Source: Marsupella aquatica (Eukaryota; Plantae; Marchantiophyta). Taken from it: 64,000 nt of DNA. The stretch covers positions 5,780,171 to 5,844,170 of the forward strand of contig OZ316893.1 in assembly GCA_973895155.1 (NCBI GenBank), written 5' to 3'. A program made the translations under genes and the position numbers. Below the pieces are notes generated by a model. The model was not told the DNA's origin. It did not search any database and saw nothing but the letters and a program-made list of their open reading frames with translations. This document shows, in pieces, positions 34,441 through 48,966 of this stretch (its first letter is position 1; each line of letters starts with the position of its first letter).

Positions 34441-37400
34441 ATGGCGGGATTGGCTGAGTCGGCGGTGCTCAGCTCGTCGTTGGGATTGTGTTCATCGGTG
34501 GAGAGACTTAAGGGAGGGAAACAAGGTGGCAGAAGTAGTTTTGGTCAGCGTTTCAACAGCAACAACAGGCCAGATAGGGATGCGAGCTGCTTTAATTTGA
34601 GAATTGTGGCTTCTGGAGAGAGTAATGGGAATGGGAATGTGAATAGAAGGATGTCTTCATTTGTTGGGAATGGAGCTGCAGCTTCTGGCCGTAAGAGTAA
34701 TGCATCGGAATACAACATGGTTCCAATTGAGGAAGCTGTCAAAAGATCTGGAGCTGGCAGCAGCTATGTGAGTTCAAATGTGGTGACCAATGGTACGATA
34801 CTTCTTTTCCTCGTGCCTACTCATATTGTACCTGAGAATTCGGAAAAATTGGAAGGATTTGAGATGAATACCAGCGATACTGTGCGAAGATTATGCCCTC
34901 CCATTCTGTAAAAGGACACATAGGATTAAATCTCGTTCAATTTCTCTAGGCACTGAAGGTCGCCACCTTGTCGATTTCGTTCATTACTTGTGGAGGAAAG
35001 AATCAGTAAAATCCATTATTGGAAGATGAAGATTAGGCATATTCTTAGGGACAGCTTCTCTGCCGTCGTTATTCATAGACGCAAGTCTGATCTTTCAGAG
35101 TTCAGCTTTATTTTGGCAGATCCATTACAGCAAATAGAAATGACTAGCAGTTTGAAGCTTTTTGCAGCTGCATATGTAGCTTACAGTTTGCAAGACCTTT
35201 TGAATGTCATCCCTGATACATGAATGAAACTTTTCGAAGGATCAAGATGTGCCCGTGTGGTTAGATAAATTGAACGTGTCCTCTGAGTTCTAAAATTGGT
35301 CCAACGAGCAATCAGGTCTGTGTGAACAGTTCGTACTTCTCCGGTCTAGTTAGATGGGATGTCCCTACGTAGAATTTCACAGGAGGATTGCTGGAGATTT
35401 GTTGAATTCTTAATTTGAGGATCTAGTTCACAGTACAAAGCATGAAAACAGGTATCTTATGTCTCTCTTTGTGGAATTCTTGGTGCAACTGTCCTTATTA
35501 TTGGTGGATGATGCATTCTGTGTGAACTCACTCGCCTTACTATTCTCCAGGTGCTGAATTATATCTTTAATCGCAGCCTGTTGTTTAGTTTCTCTAGCGA
35601 AAAAGTTGACCATATTTACACCATTCATTATTGCTATATCTTCCTGTTCCATCATCGTCACATCGGGACCAATGGCCATTTCTCGCGGAAAGATCGCTTG
35701 ATCTCCTTGCTCTTTTAAATGAGATTCACATTTATTCGTGGCTTCCCTCTGTCCTCGTGGTTCCCTATGACTTAGAAGGAGCAACTTCTTCATGGGGTCT
35801 TTTAGGCCAACCCTGTCTTACGGGTTGGCCTCACCAGAAACAGACAGTTGAGTTGTCGAAATATCATGGAAACGGCCCTTCGAATTGTGCGGAGGGTTAA
35901 TTGCATCGTCGTTCAACCATTTATAAGGCTGAAACGAGTGGGCTAGTAGGAGGAAATTATTCCAGTTCTGCGTTCGGAGGACACAGAAGAATACAAGTAG
36001 AGAGAGTGGGCCTTAAGATTCTCCTGTCCCATCCCTGCACAGCAGAATGGGCAGACCAGATTGCAATACCCGTGGAAGACGAGGGCGAAGAGACGTGAGA
36101 ACAAATGCTTTCACAATCGAGCTCTTTCTGCAATTCAGCGTCCACATCCCAATTTGCACTGGCCACACTTATGTGAGGCGGAATTCGCAAACTCATTTGG
36201 AAGATGTACCTCGTCCATCCTCTCCCTTCCAATTCCAATGCAATGCCCTTGCGCGACTTCGAAGACTGGTCTTGAGTCCTGGCTTTGCAGCAGCACGTTG
36301 CTAGGTGTCGAACATGGAGCCACAAATGCAAAAGTTAGCAAATTTCTCGGAGATCTGGGATTATTTAAATAAGAGATGCTGCCTTTTAAGGAACTAGTTG
36401 CAGTACGAGAAGAATGATCTATGCCCTTTAGAACAGCCTTGGAAAAGAAATGTCAGGGCTTTCCTTCTTTGGATACTCAGGGATTTTCGGATTCGGCGCA
36501 GGTGCAGCGAACAGAATTGCAGACCGGAAGTCGTCCAGCTTTGATACAGTATCGCTAGATGCGGCTATCAGAGGAGGTTCCGATGAAGTAAGTGGGCAGA
36601 ATGGGTCCTCAACTCGAACTTCGACAGTAAATGGGAACGGCCGAAGTGCTTCAAATGGTAGGGCGACCAGCAATGGGAGTACCCTCACTCGTCAAGGGAA
36701 TCCTCTTGAGACGAAAGTAAATGGGGCTGTGATTGCTAGTGGGTCGAGTACCCGGAAGATAGTCGTTCGCGCCCCTGTGCAGCTTCCTGCGATTGAGGAA
36801 AGCCTGCGTGTGCTACCATCAGACGAGGGATTCAGTTGGTCCCGGAGCAACTACAGTAGGACGCAGCGAACAATCGATGTGTGGAGCTTTGTTCTTGCTC
36901 TCAGAGCTCGTGTGTTCCTTCTGGATACCAAGTGGACCTACCTTGGCGGTTTTACGGAGGAGAAAAAGGTCTGTTTTTACTAGATACCCTAGCTTTGTTC
37001 CGCGATGGATGTTTAAATAATCAATTTAGTGTCGGTAGTAGTCTAATTAAACAGCCACTGTCACTCCGCCTGACGGAGGATGATCTTTCGGAAGCGAGTG
37101 AGCATCATGGTGAATTGCTGAGAATTATGAACAGTTTTGGACCAGAATGAGCTAAATAGGCTTTAGAAAGGAGGCGAGAATGTTTTCGTCTCATTGCAGA
37201 ATCGTCTCCTGTCATAGAAGCTTCCTTCACTCCTCTGTTGAAGATTGAGTTGTCAAAGCTGCGTCCATTTGTTATGATTGATTCAGAAAGAAAGAACACG
37301 GAGTACTGCAGCTTGGGTTCGAGAGACCATCTTGCAGCTCGGCCCGACATTTATCAAACTTGGACAGCTCTCGTCAACAAGATCCGATCTTTTCCCTGCT

Positions 37401-40400
37401 GAGTTTGTGGAGGAGCTAGCAAAACTTCAGGTTCGCAGTCAGCAAGTCACCTGAATGTTCAGTTTTGGGGCGATAAGTAAATTCACTAACAACTGAGCTT
37501 TTCAAAATTCCCCGGTTTTGGAATCTACTGCTAGTCCTAGCTTCACACGACAGAGAAATATACTAGTAAGCGCATCTGTTTCGTTTTAGGACATGTGTCA
37601 ATTTGGGTATTCATTTGACAGCATGGAATGTTAGTTGGACGTTGTCCCCAACCGGACTATGTCATGTCATTAATGTCAGGAGCGGATGAATTACAGAGGT
37701 AGACTAGTAAGTAGTGCGTTGGTGCAAGGCTCATGGCCAAGTCGATGTCAGTCTCAACGTTCTTTACTTACACAGAGAGGCAGCCCTTTAGTTTATTTGA
37801 AACTAGTTGCAGTTTTCGACGCTCCTTCCAGACACAATCTGTCAGTTAGGTTCATTTTACTCGATTGGACTGTGACTGGCATGTGAAGCAATGGCATCGG
37901 ATGGAATCTCTCGAAAGAGTCGGATGTTTCGTGAGTTCTTTTGTTAAGAAATAGAACAGATTTCAAAGGGACATCATCCTTTGAGTTGGTCGAGCGGGCT
38001 AAGTGTGCTTATTCTATGCAGATGTTCCTGAGCACAGCTGTAGTCTTACTACGCTTGTGTAATGTCTGCAGAAGCGAAGTTCATTTCATTGATACCATAT
38101 GAATTGGTGACTGCAGGATCGGGTCCCAGCATTTTCTGCAGAAAAGGCAATTGCCCTGATAGAAACGGAGTTGGGATCTCCAATTGACGAGATCTTTGCG
38201 CAATTCGAGAGGCAACCCATTGCAGCTGCAAGTCTTGGGCAGGTACAATCCGGACGACTTACTCGTAGACTGTCGCGTTTTCTCTTTCTCTAAAGGATTT
38301 ATTGTGGTCAAAATCTGTTTTTTTGACCTGAAAGTAACGATCACCAACGATTTTTAAATTTTAAAAAAGATAGGAACACACATTATCCCAATCGAAAAGA
38401 AGGGGACAGTCTTCCCTATTAGCACTCAACATGATTACCTACAAATGTGTTGTTGACTGTAAATATGGTGAGAAGTAATTATTGCCGTGTTAGATTCCTA
38501 ATATATTAGAATCCATACTCGGATATCGATTTATCCTACTGTTCTCTTCCTATCAAGTTTGTCAACTAAAGCAGATCAAGTACTTCTAGTTGGATACGAG
38601 AATGATGGAACTCCCGGATGGAGCTCGGGGTAAATCAAAGCGTGCAAACACCATGTTTCAATGCGATAATGCAGAGATGGTTAATAACAAACTTGCTGTG
38701 GCTTTCCATTTATAAACCTATTGGAGATTTAGGAAATTCTTTCGATCAGCAACTTGGAATATGGGAAGGTTGTTTGTTGGTCAGGAGAGCTTGATTGGAA
38801 GCTTTTAAAGCATTTCCTAGAGCTTTTGGACCATTGAAACTTAGTGGCGAGTGTCGATTTAAAAAAAAAGAAAGCGCGGGCCATGAGAGACTATTTATTA
38901 ATTATCTCGATCTGGACTTCAATGTCAGACTCTGAGATCGTTTCAGTCATTTTTCTGATTCGATGAGCTTTCTACTGATCGAACCTCTTGCAGGTGCACA
39001 GAGCTGTTCTCTTCAATGGCGAGAAAGTTGCAGTGAAACTTCAAAGGCCTGGATTGAAGGAATTATTTGATATCGATTTAGGTAAGATTTGTAGATCTTG
39101 TACTATTGGAGGTATTTGATAGTGTCCGTGGAATATCTGTTTAGTGCTTACCGGTAATTCCCTACATTTCATAGAAAACACCTGCTGAGTATGTTGCTCG
39201 ACTGTACCATCCCCTGGTCCAGAGTTAGCTTAAAGAAAAGTAAGGTTCTTTTAAGTGGAGGTAACCTCATAAGTTGAAGGTAAATTGCCGCAAATAGTTT
39301 GAAGGAATTTTGATTATGTGTGCTGTCCCTCCTGTGAAGACAACATGAAACAAATTGCTGAGTACTTCCAGAAAAGCGAGTCGATGGGGGGCCCCACTCG
39401 CGATTGGGTTGGAATTTACCAGGAGTGTGCCACGTAAGATCTCAATGGGGATACCTCCAACTCACCTTGAAATGCGCTTCTTTTGCTCGACTTACTGACA
39501 TGTTGTGGTCAGCCCGTTCAACATTTCTCGAACATTGCAAAGCGAAAGGAGTTGTTTGTCATTCACATCTGTCCTTATTGTTAAGCGGACAATCTTTCCA
39601 AATGGGAAGAGATTAGCGAAACTGGAACATGGTCATTTAATCCTCGTTTGGTAAATGCAGGATTCTGTACCAAGAGATTGATTACATTAATGAAGGAAGG
39701 AATGCAGATAGGTTTAGAAGGGACTTCAGAAACTACAAGTGGGCAAGAGTACCTGTGAGTTGCTTGCCACCATTGGCTTGTTTGCACAAACTTCTGTGTC
39801 CTGAAATGGTGTTTTCTTTTTGTCTTCTGTGAATGTCTGGTTGAAAACTGTGGATGTACAAGTTGCTGTGACAACAAAGCTGATTCACTTTCTCGGATGA
39901 AGGAGTTATTCTGACACTCGAGAGTTTTGGCTTGTCACAGCAAATTTACTGGGACTATGTCTCTCCCAAAGTGCTTACTTTAGAATATGTCCCCGGTAAG
40001 TTATCTGATATTTTCTGTGATGCCATGAGACTACCATCCTGTCTTTAGCGCATGTACGTATTGTCAGCGCGTGTTACTGTTTGGTATGTGGCATCCGGGC
40101 GAATGTCCCCTGATGTTCGGTGTGGGCACCACCCATATCTTGGACTCGTGTCGATCAGGACCTTAAAGCTCGTCACAGACTTAGAAATATCCTTAGCACT
40201 ACCCAGTTTACGCGATCCAGTCGTCCCTTCACAAGTTAGGAAAGGAAAAGAAGAAGCAGCTAATTAAATTTTAGCAGCTCGGACTCATTTACACATTCGA
40301 AGGAGAAGAATTACTTACCTCTCTTACATTTGGTCTTCACAGGTATAAAGGTTAATGACGTGGCCGTCCTTGATAAAGGTGGCTTCAACCGAGCCAAAAT

Positions 40401-43400
40401 TGCTCAATATGCTATTGAGGCGTACCTTATTCAAGTAATTTCTTCCTTCAGCTTGTATTGTCTTTTTTGTTTCAAGTTGAGGTGCATAAGCTATGTTATG
40501 GAGACCGTTGCTCACCAGGATATATGTTGGAGAAGTTTGAACTTTGCTAAGATCTCTGTCGGGTACGACTGCATGAGTACAATCATTTCGTTTTCACTAT
40601 TGAAAGAGTTTCGTTCGCTCCTTGAACTGAAATGGCAGATATTGAAGACTGGCTTTTTCCATGCGGATCCACATCCTGGAAATCTGGCAGTTGACACAGA
40701 TGGCTCGCTCATTTACTATGATTTTGGCATGATGGGCGAAATCAAGGCCTTCACCAGGGAAAAGCTACTGGAAATGTTCTACGCTGTATATGAAAAGGAT
40801 GCGCAGAAAGTAAGTCACAGGGACTAACTGTCAAGGATTGCGGAAGCAAGTGTCCCTGTACGTTTTGACTTGAAATAAGTAGATTGCGACGAAAGCGGTC
40901 TAGATTGCGTGTATTACTCTTTAGACGCCACTGATCTCCAGTTGACCGTTTTGATGTACAGGTAATAAATGCACTTATTGATCTGGGTGCTTTGGTCGCA
41001 ACTGGAGATCTGACACCGGTATGTGGTGGAACTGCGTCGTTCAACGATCTATGTTTTTCCTCTCGCTGAATTTCCAAAGGTTCTCGAGAATATACGAGGA
41101 ATTGTGCAGCAGGTTGCGAGATCCTTTTGCTTACCTGCTTGCAACTTTTGGAGCGAATAGAGAATGAATTTTACAATTCTCTGGATCACTGATATTCGAG
41201 TTTGAATACTGTAGGTTCGAAAGACGGTTCAGTTTTTCTTGGACAATTTAATGAATCAACGCCCTGACCAGGCTAGTACGTTCTCAGCCATTGGCGAGGT
41301 AAGATGAGTGATCCGTGATGCCGCAAAGAATTGGTTCTTGTGTGAGTGACAGCTTAATATTTCAAACGTGCTTTCCATGTCTACGCGTCACGAGTCCTCA
41401 ACTTGACACGAGCTGTTTCGTTGATGCAGGACTTGTTTGCAATAGCCGTGGACCAACCATTTCGATTCCCTGCAACTTTCACATTTGTTCTGCGTGCCTT
41501 CTCTACCCTCGAAGGTAAGACTATCTTAACTACGCCTTTCAGTACTTTGGGAAATTAGTTTGGTTCGGTTTCTTGAAAGGAATCCTGTGCAAGCATAAAT
41601 CGTCACGTGTCTTTCTGTCGCCACCAGTGATCTGCCCGAGGCACACTTACTCATAGCTATCACTCGAAAGTGCAGGCATTGGTACTATTCTCGATCCAGA
41701 CTTTTCATTCGCAAAAATTGCTTCTCCATATGCTCAGGTATGTCCTTCATAACTAGTTTTCTGGTTAAAGTGGAATGGCTACTTTCTGGAACCATGTCTT
41801 TCATAACTAATTGTCTAGTTAGAAGTGGACTAACTATTTTCTAGAACCCAACCATTCTGAAGCAGATCGACTTGTTCGAAGGCAAATTTTCTTGCGTGAT
41901 AGACCAAATGAAATAATTTCCTCAAAATGGGCCCTGATTTTATGAGAGTTTTAAAATCTTCACGTAGTATTAGTGGGACCATCGAGCTGTCAAGAGAATT
42001 TATTGGAAAATTCAGAAGCTGTCATCTGAATTTTGAAAGTGAGAACAGTAAATTATTATTTTCTAGAACCCAACCATTCTCTAGCAGATCGACTTGTTTG
42101 AAGGCAAGTTTTTTTGCGTGATAGACCTAATGAAAAAAATTCCTCAAAATGGGCCCTGATTTTACGAAAGTTTTAAAATCTTCGCGTAGTATTATGGGGA
42201 TCATCGAGCTGTCAAGAGAATTTCTTGGAATATTCAGAAGCTTTCATCTGAATTTTGGAAGTGAGAACAGTGAATTATTTTGTCGAAATCTGAATGTTCT
42301 CGTCGTCTCATCTGAGCAGGAGTTACTAGATGTTCGTGACAGGAGGAGTGATGGGAGGTTTATTGTGCAGGAGTTACAAAAGCAAGCAGCTGATGTACGG
42401 TCTTGCTCTCTGACTACTCTCTGACTACTCTCTGTGTTGGGTGTATTGTATTGTTTCTAATATCACTTATAAGATTCTTTTGATATAGTAGTTGAATCTG
42501 AAGCCTTTCCCTTCCTATTCAACACATTTCTCTGTTTGTTAGGTCACGTCCTTTTCCAGGGCAAGTGCTAGTCTCTGACCCTCTGTTACATCACATGCAG
42601 GCAAGGGACGCAGCGGTAGCCATGCCTTTGAGAATTCAACGAATGGACGAAATTATCACAAAGCTTGAAGCTGGAGACTTCAAGCTTCGTGTACGAGTTC
42701 TGGAGGTATGCATATGAGGGGACCGATAGCTGAACGGATTGTCTTGTTGTAGGTCTGAAGAATCTTTCGTAGAAGGATAGGATTTTGGAATCTGCCATCA
42801 CGCTTTAATGAAGGAGAAGACCAGAGGATACCTTTTCAGGCTTTCTCTATCTGAAGAGCAGCATTAGTTATTAGAGAGTGATTCTAGTTGTCAATATCTC
42901 GGGTGGTTACAAGCGGAGTGAAAAACACGCTAAAACTAAGTTTTTGTGATAGTGTCGTTGCTGGACTTCAAATTGTGAGTCATGATCCATAACAAAGTCC
43001 CCGTCAGTGGTCTGAAGCCTACTTTTCGCTTGCAATACACAGGCAGAGAGGGCTGCACGCAGGGCATCAATCCAGCAATCAACAACGCTTAACTTGGTAG
43101 CAGCTGCATGTTTTATTAATATAGGCGTCCAACTTACACTTTCTGAGGGCCTTTCTCCTCTCACTGGATCTCCATTCGCTGCCGCAGGTAAAGACTTGAG
43201 GAAAATTCACCACATTTCTCGTACAGTTGGCATCCACGTAATTCCCATTAGAATATGAATTTCTAAACATTCACATGCTTTCTGCTATAATAAAGATCTG
43301 CAAGAGTTGATGGATTTTATGCTGGGTGCCTGTTTGGGGATTTTTAGATTTCGCGGCAGAGCGATTACACATGCTTGGACTAAATTATCCTGGATCTGTG

Positions 43401-43644
43401 CGTGAACGAAATTCTGCTATATCAGAATAAAAGGTGTCGAGAGGGAAATCGCTCTCATTTGACCTGCTGTTACTAAAACCTAATTGACAGGGAAGATAAA
43501 CGGCCAGATCTTGCCTTTTTCTTTCATATCCGAGAACTTGCATACTGATATTAGTGATCGCCCGTGACAGGTGTCTTCCTGGTTTTGGTACTGAACAGTT
43601 TCAGGAGGATCAAGAACCTGGACAAGTTTGAGAAAATGCTATAA
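34441..43644 (+). CDS. ABC1K7: Plastid ABC1/UbiB atypical kinase, ABC1K7 (SIA1)-like, 18 coding exons
   Basis: Exons include 34441-34792, 36502-36968, 37287-37430 ([22 protein letters not shown]), 38117-38242 (PIAAASLGQ) and 38994-39081 ([10 protein letters not shown]). Later exons carry [19 protein letters not shown] and [13 protein letters not shown]. The protein ends [12 protein letters not shown] introns and a transit-peptide-like N-terminus. Confidence 0.92.
41836..42279 (+). repeat. 222-bp tandem duplication within an ABC1K7 intron
   Basis: TATTTTCTAGAACCCAACCATTCT...GTGAGAACAGT occurs twice, producing the parallel spurious ORFs at 41927 and 42149. Confidence 0.9.
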
Positions 43645-45481
43645 ACTGACGTGCTCGTGAAAGTTGAGAACTTTTATACATGCTCGACCATCAATCCCAC
43701 CATTTGGGATGCTATCTATACCGTGCGCCAAGATGGTTTCACGCTTACAGCGATTTATCAATTGAGTGGGGTGTGATCATACATTCTTTCAGTCTTAGTT
43801 TCTGCACTACCAGCTGTATAGATTCTGAAAGATTATCCGACAATTATGAAAGGTCCGCCAGGGCTGATGTGCAGGAAGGAAGTGAAGGTTTTTTCACCAG
43901 ACTCCAAAGTGAAATGATGCTATTTATGCAGACATTGGGTTAGTGGGGAAATGGTCCGTAGCTGCGCTGTGTTTGGTCATTTTGCCAAAGTAGGTGTATG
44001 TTAACAGACTTCTTCTGCACCATTTAAATAGGAGAAACCATTTACCAGAGCATATGTCTTGTCATCACATCTTTATCAGACATTAAAATTCATGTCGACC
44101 ATATTTGTTTATCAACTAGCAGCAACTCACACACCTACATTCATCGAATGGTTATTTGCAAGCAATGAGTTATCTCGTTGATGGTGAGGAATGGGGAGGT
44201 GGGGAATGGTGAGGAATTGCTACTCGAACCAAGCCGTGGCTAAGCTCTTGATGTTACTCGAAATTGCTTCGGCAGGAATCACACTTGCCATCAAGCTTGA
44301 CAAGCTCTCCCTTTCGAGCTGCATTATTGATGTTCTGTTTCTAGAAGTGGGTGCATAAAATCTCAAAGGCTACATTCCCACGGGCTTACTAAAATGAATA
44401 ATTTGCAGTATCGCCCAGAAGTAACACGTCACAAAATCTGGATTCTTCCATAAAATTGACCAAGCATGTCTGAAATGAAGGTCCTTGCCTTAAGTATTGT
44501 GGATGGATTTAATGGATCGATTGGTATGAAACAAACAAAAGTGGATTTTCTACCTATGTTTTATAAACTACACACTTTCTTTTGTTGGAGGTCATGGTCG
44601 GTCCCAACTTGTCAACCCACAGTGCCTGCGATGTTACTGACTCCAAATCGAGCTTAAACTTTCACAGACACTAATAAATGTTCATCCAAACACACGACTG
44701 ATGCCAGCAATTGGACTTTGCAGATATCATTGGGTATTGTGGTGTAGATGTGGGTATGGATTTAGATTTTGGTAGGTGGCTTTACAAGAAGTTGGGGCAC
44801 TTGTGACTTCTTTTCCCCAAAGCAAGCTAGTGGGCTACTTTTTGTTCTAAAGATGATTCCAGATCAAATTCTTTTGAAACTAAGTTCAATAAATGCAAAT
44901 CCTTTGAACGAAGAAGCCAAAGTTTGTAAATGTTTACCTCTGAAACAAATGGGACCAATTTGCAAAAAAGGGCTAAGCAAATATTTACCAAAATAGGCAA
45001 AACAAACTACAGAGGTGTAAAAGCAAAAGAGAACAAACACAGGGTTGTCTAAAATTCTGGACAAAATAAGCACTCAACATCTACTTGGTACACTACTTGG
45101 GTCTAAAATTCTAGACCAAATAAGCACTGCACATCAGGATTTACTTGGGCACACTAATTGCCATATATAGAATGATTAGACACAGGAGGGCATGGGTCCT
45201 GGAGTTCTTGTACAGACAATTGGAGCCATTCTAAGCCATTCTAATTCTAATACATTCCACAAAGAAAATAATGGCCCTGACATCTTATAAAGCTTTAATA
45301 CGAGTCCTTCGGACGCCGCTAAACATTCACGAATCCAGGAATATTGGATTCCTTCGAACATGATCGTTTCTTTTGTCATCAGTACTCTGAGACCTTTGTT
45401 ATCCAGAGACTAAAAATTGGAGCACTCTCGGAGACAATTCTTTGAGAGTTGCTGCTTGGGGCGAGGCAGGGAGACAGAGAA

Positions 45482-48400
45482 ATGATTGATGTGGGCGTTG
45501 GGGCAAAGGCTGGACCTATGGAAGAGAAGCAATTCCGTGTGGCCGTTGTAGGAGGCGGGCTGGCAGGAATATCAGCCGCGCGACTCCTTTCGGCACGATT
45601 TGGCAAGGAAAATGTAGTAATACTGGAGGCAGCATCATGCTTGGGTGGCCGTATACGGAGTGTAGATGGGCTTGCTCCTTGGCCTGTCGAGGTCTCTGCT
45701 CTGCAACTGAACCGTAGCAATGTGCACTATGTCTCGTGATTTAATTTCATAGTAACCTTGAGCCTGTGCTGGATGGTAAGGTTTGGAGCATCTGACAATT
45801 TCCTACCGGGGAAGCGTAGCAACCATTGGTTTCTGTTCCATAACCTTTGTCAATTTTTTTTTATGTTTGCAGATTGGAGCTGAGTTTCTACACGGCTCAA
45901 AGAATTCTTCTGTGAAAAATATTGCTGATGAGATGGGCTGTGTGCTGAGGGAGCTCAATTTTCATATCCTCATGTGGACTGAGAGAACAATATCAAGTTT
46001 TCCAGCAATTTGTGTCGTTGGCCATACGCTGCAGATGTGTATTATGCAAAGAGCAGTGTGCCTGTAGAACTCCTTTAGATTTGGTTGAGAGGTTTACAGC
46101 AACAATAGGCATTCAACTGAATGATTACAGAAGGTATGGGCTTTGGCAGCATTTTAAGAATCTTGACGTGACGTACCGAGAGTAGATCAAGCAGCAGCAT
46201 CTATCTACATTTGTGCCCAATTTCAAAATATCGAAACCAGGTTTATGGGCTCTTATCTTTAACTTAGCCATTTGAACTATGCTTAATCTTGTAGCCGTGA
46301 CAAAGCACGATATCTGTCCGCGAGTTTTCAACTTTTACGCACATTCTTTGACAGAATTTTACCAGATTACTACTACATCGGTCATGAGCGTCGGTTATTG
46401 TCCAGCAAAGAGGCTGATGAGCATCCTGATGTCGAGCTTGCTCATGAGATCTTTTCTACCCTCAGTGAAGATGCTTCTAGGGTTCCAGATGTCAGTATGG
46501 CGGAGTATTTAAGGCTGAAGGGCGTCAATCCCATGGTGATGCAACTGGCCGAAGGCAAGTTTCTTCATGTGTACTTTACCCATCCGCATACTTCACATCG
46601 CGTGGAAACGAACAATTACAAAGAAAATTATGGCCAATTCATCGTATCGTATTCAATACTTCGCTGCCCACGCATTCCATTTCTGTCTTGTGTATCAAAT
46701 GTGTCTTGTCTTGAGGAAGTTGACAACTTCACGAGGGACAAATGGACTACAAAGAAAAGCACTTCCATGTCAGCATCATATCTGACATGGCACTTATCTA
46801 GGCAACTTCGTGTTGGTCAATGCAGCTATCTATGGGAATGATTTTGGCTGTTCACTTGACAAGCTTGGAGTTCATGAGTGTATTCAGGAAGCTAAGCATT
46901 GGACTTACGGTGATACATACTTAATTCTCGACAGGCCTCTTTTGTCTATTGTAGCCTACATGTCTAAAGACCTCAATGTATATTTCCTTTCACTGCACTC
47001 TGCTTTGTCGAATCATAAGCTTGTGAGCCCCAATCCTCTTTTTCATATATTATTGTTCCCTGACCTTGCATAGAGTGGTGCATTACCTAGAATGCTCTGG
47101 CCAAGCACTAGCCAAGTTGATTGACACTGAATTATTCATTGCAACGAAATGGGAGCTTTGGAACTATCTCATGATCCAGAGTAATGATGCAAAACTTGGT
47201 TATATTCGTTCGGTGTTGCACTCAACTTCTGCATCTCTGACAAGGAAGATCCATTGAGAAGGATGGCATCCATGTACCCTTGCTCTGTCACAATGATTTC
47301 TCGTGTGCCTCTTGCTGGTGTCCCTCCCTTGTCTGACCTTGATCTTCTCATCAAGAAACCCGCAAAGTGAAGAAGGAATGATTATGATTCTCCAGTTCCA
47401 AATTTTGAATGAGGATTTTATCGTTGGAAATAGATTATCCCGCAACGATCAGGATGTGTTACTGATCAATCGAAATGTATGTTCAGGTACGTCTTAATTG
47501 GGTTGTGAACGAGGTAGAGAGACTGGCCAATAATAAGCTACAGTTGCATGGCCAGGGTGGAAAACTAATTATGGTAGACAATGTCATATTGGCGGTCCCT
47601 GTGGTATGCTTCATTCTTTAGTCTCAATTTTCCAAATGTCCCGACAGTTATCTCAGCTTTCTCTCCTTGTCCTAATTTGGAGCTGAACCGTAGTTGTTAT
47701 TCTCTCAGGCTACTTCAAGTCTGGGATTGTAGTGGTTTATAGATGAATGACTTGACTTGTGATTATGCCTGGGACATTGTCAACTTTGTTGAAGATGTCT
47801 GCTCGCGAGTTGTCTGATTTATTTGCCTTGCATATACAGACAGCTTTACAGCAAGATGCAATTAGTTTCAAACCACCTTTGCCGGACTGGAAATTACAGG
47901 CAGCCCGTGCCATTGGGATGTCAAACGCTGTAAAGGTCAGTTTCTCACTTACATTTGGTTGTAGTCGTACAATTGAGTTGGAGGCAATATTTCCCCCCTA
48001 CAAGCAGTGATCTAGTACACTCTCCGACTTTGGGAACTGGTGGACCTTTGTCAAGATACCCAAAAAATTGCTACTCACAATATTGGAGCACATGCGTAGG
48101 TCCTTATCATGGCAGTCACCTTATGACTGCTATTTGAATTGCGGAATTTGTTGGATGAGTATTTTATTCTACATCTTAGGAGAGAATATTGAGAGGCTGA
48201 TGTTCTCTGAACGGCTGTACAGGTGATTTTTGCATTTTGTCACCCTTTCTGGCCAGAAGGCCTTTTTGACGTTGTTTGCTTAGGCTGCTTCCTGCCCGAG
48301 GTGTGGATCACTGAGTATCCTCGACCACAAGGTACAAAGAAAGAGATAGCTGCCAGTTCTAGTCTCCAGCAGCCTCTTGGGCAACATGTCGTCGTAGGCT

Positions 48401-48966
48401 TCGTTGCTGGTAATGCAGCAGATGCATTAAGCCAATTGCCTGAAGCAGAGGTCTTCAAGAGAGGCTTGGCCCAACTGGATGAAATGTTTGGTAAGAAGGA
48501 AGTCTCTGGGCTTTCACATGGTAGACTGGAAGGAACCTCGAACTCCATTGACTTGCCAAGAGTTTCTCAAGAAGAAAACCTCAGTTATGAAGAGCAGAAG
48601 GGTCATGGTTCACCAGAATGTCTGAAATTGAAGGGATCAGAAAAATTGGTTACAAAAAGTGACCTCCTAAGAAATTCTGCGTGGAACTTAGATGCCCATA
48701 GTTGTCATACCCATCCAGCTTCGTTCCACTTTCAAGGTGGCATGATTGTGAATTGGGCTGAGCAGAGCTTCATTCGTGGTGGTTATTCCCACCCGTCTGT
48801 GAACGCCCAAGGTGCCAGAGATGCTCTTGCCAGACCTGTTGACAGAATATTTTTTGCAGGGGAGGCCACACACTATGGTGTCAATCCCTGCCTACAAGCT
48901 GCAATTGATACAGGGCAGAGAGCAGCCCATCAGGTAATAGGAACCTCCAATGAGCCCAGGTTGTAG
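45482..48966 (+). CDS. Flavin-containing amine oxidase family protein (7 exons: 45482-45691, 45873-45963, 46363-46554, 46826-46977, 47487-47603, 47840-47935, 48223-48966)
   Basis: FAD-binding VAVVGGGLAGISAA...VILEA...GGRI, followed by GAEFLHG, VILAVP, FKPPLP, GGYS and IFFAGEAT...AIDTGQRAA. The model requires one AT-AC intron and one GC-AG intron. Confidence 0.9.

Noticed and set aside
35428-36372. Antisense and sense ORFs inside ABC1K7 intron 1
   Set aside because: Short, mutually overlapping and without a recognisable domain or splice model.
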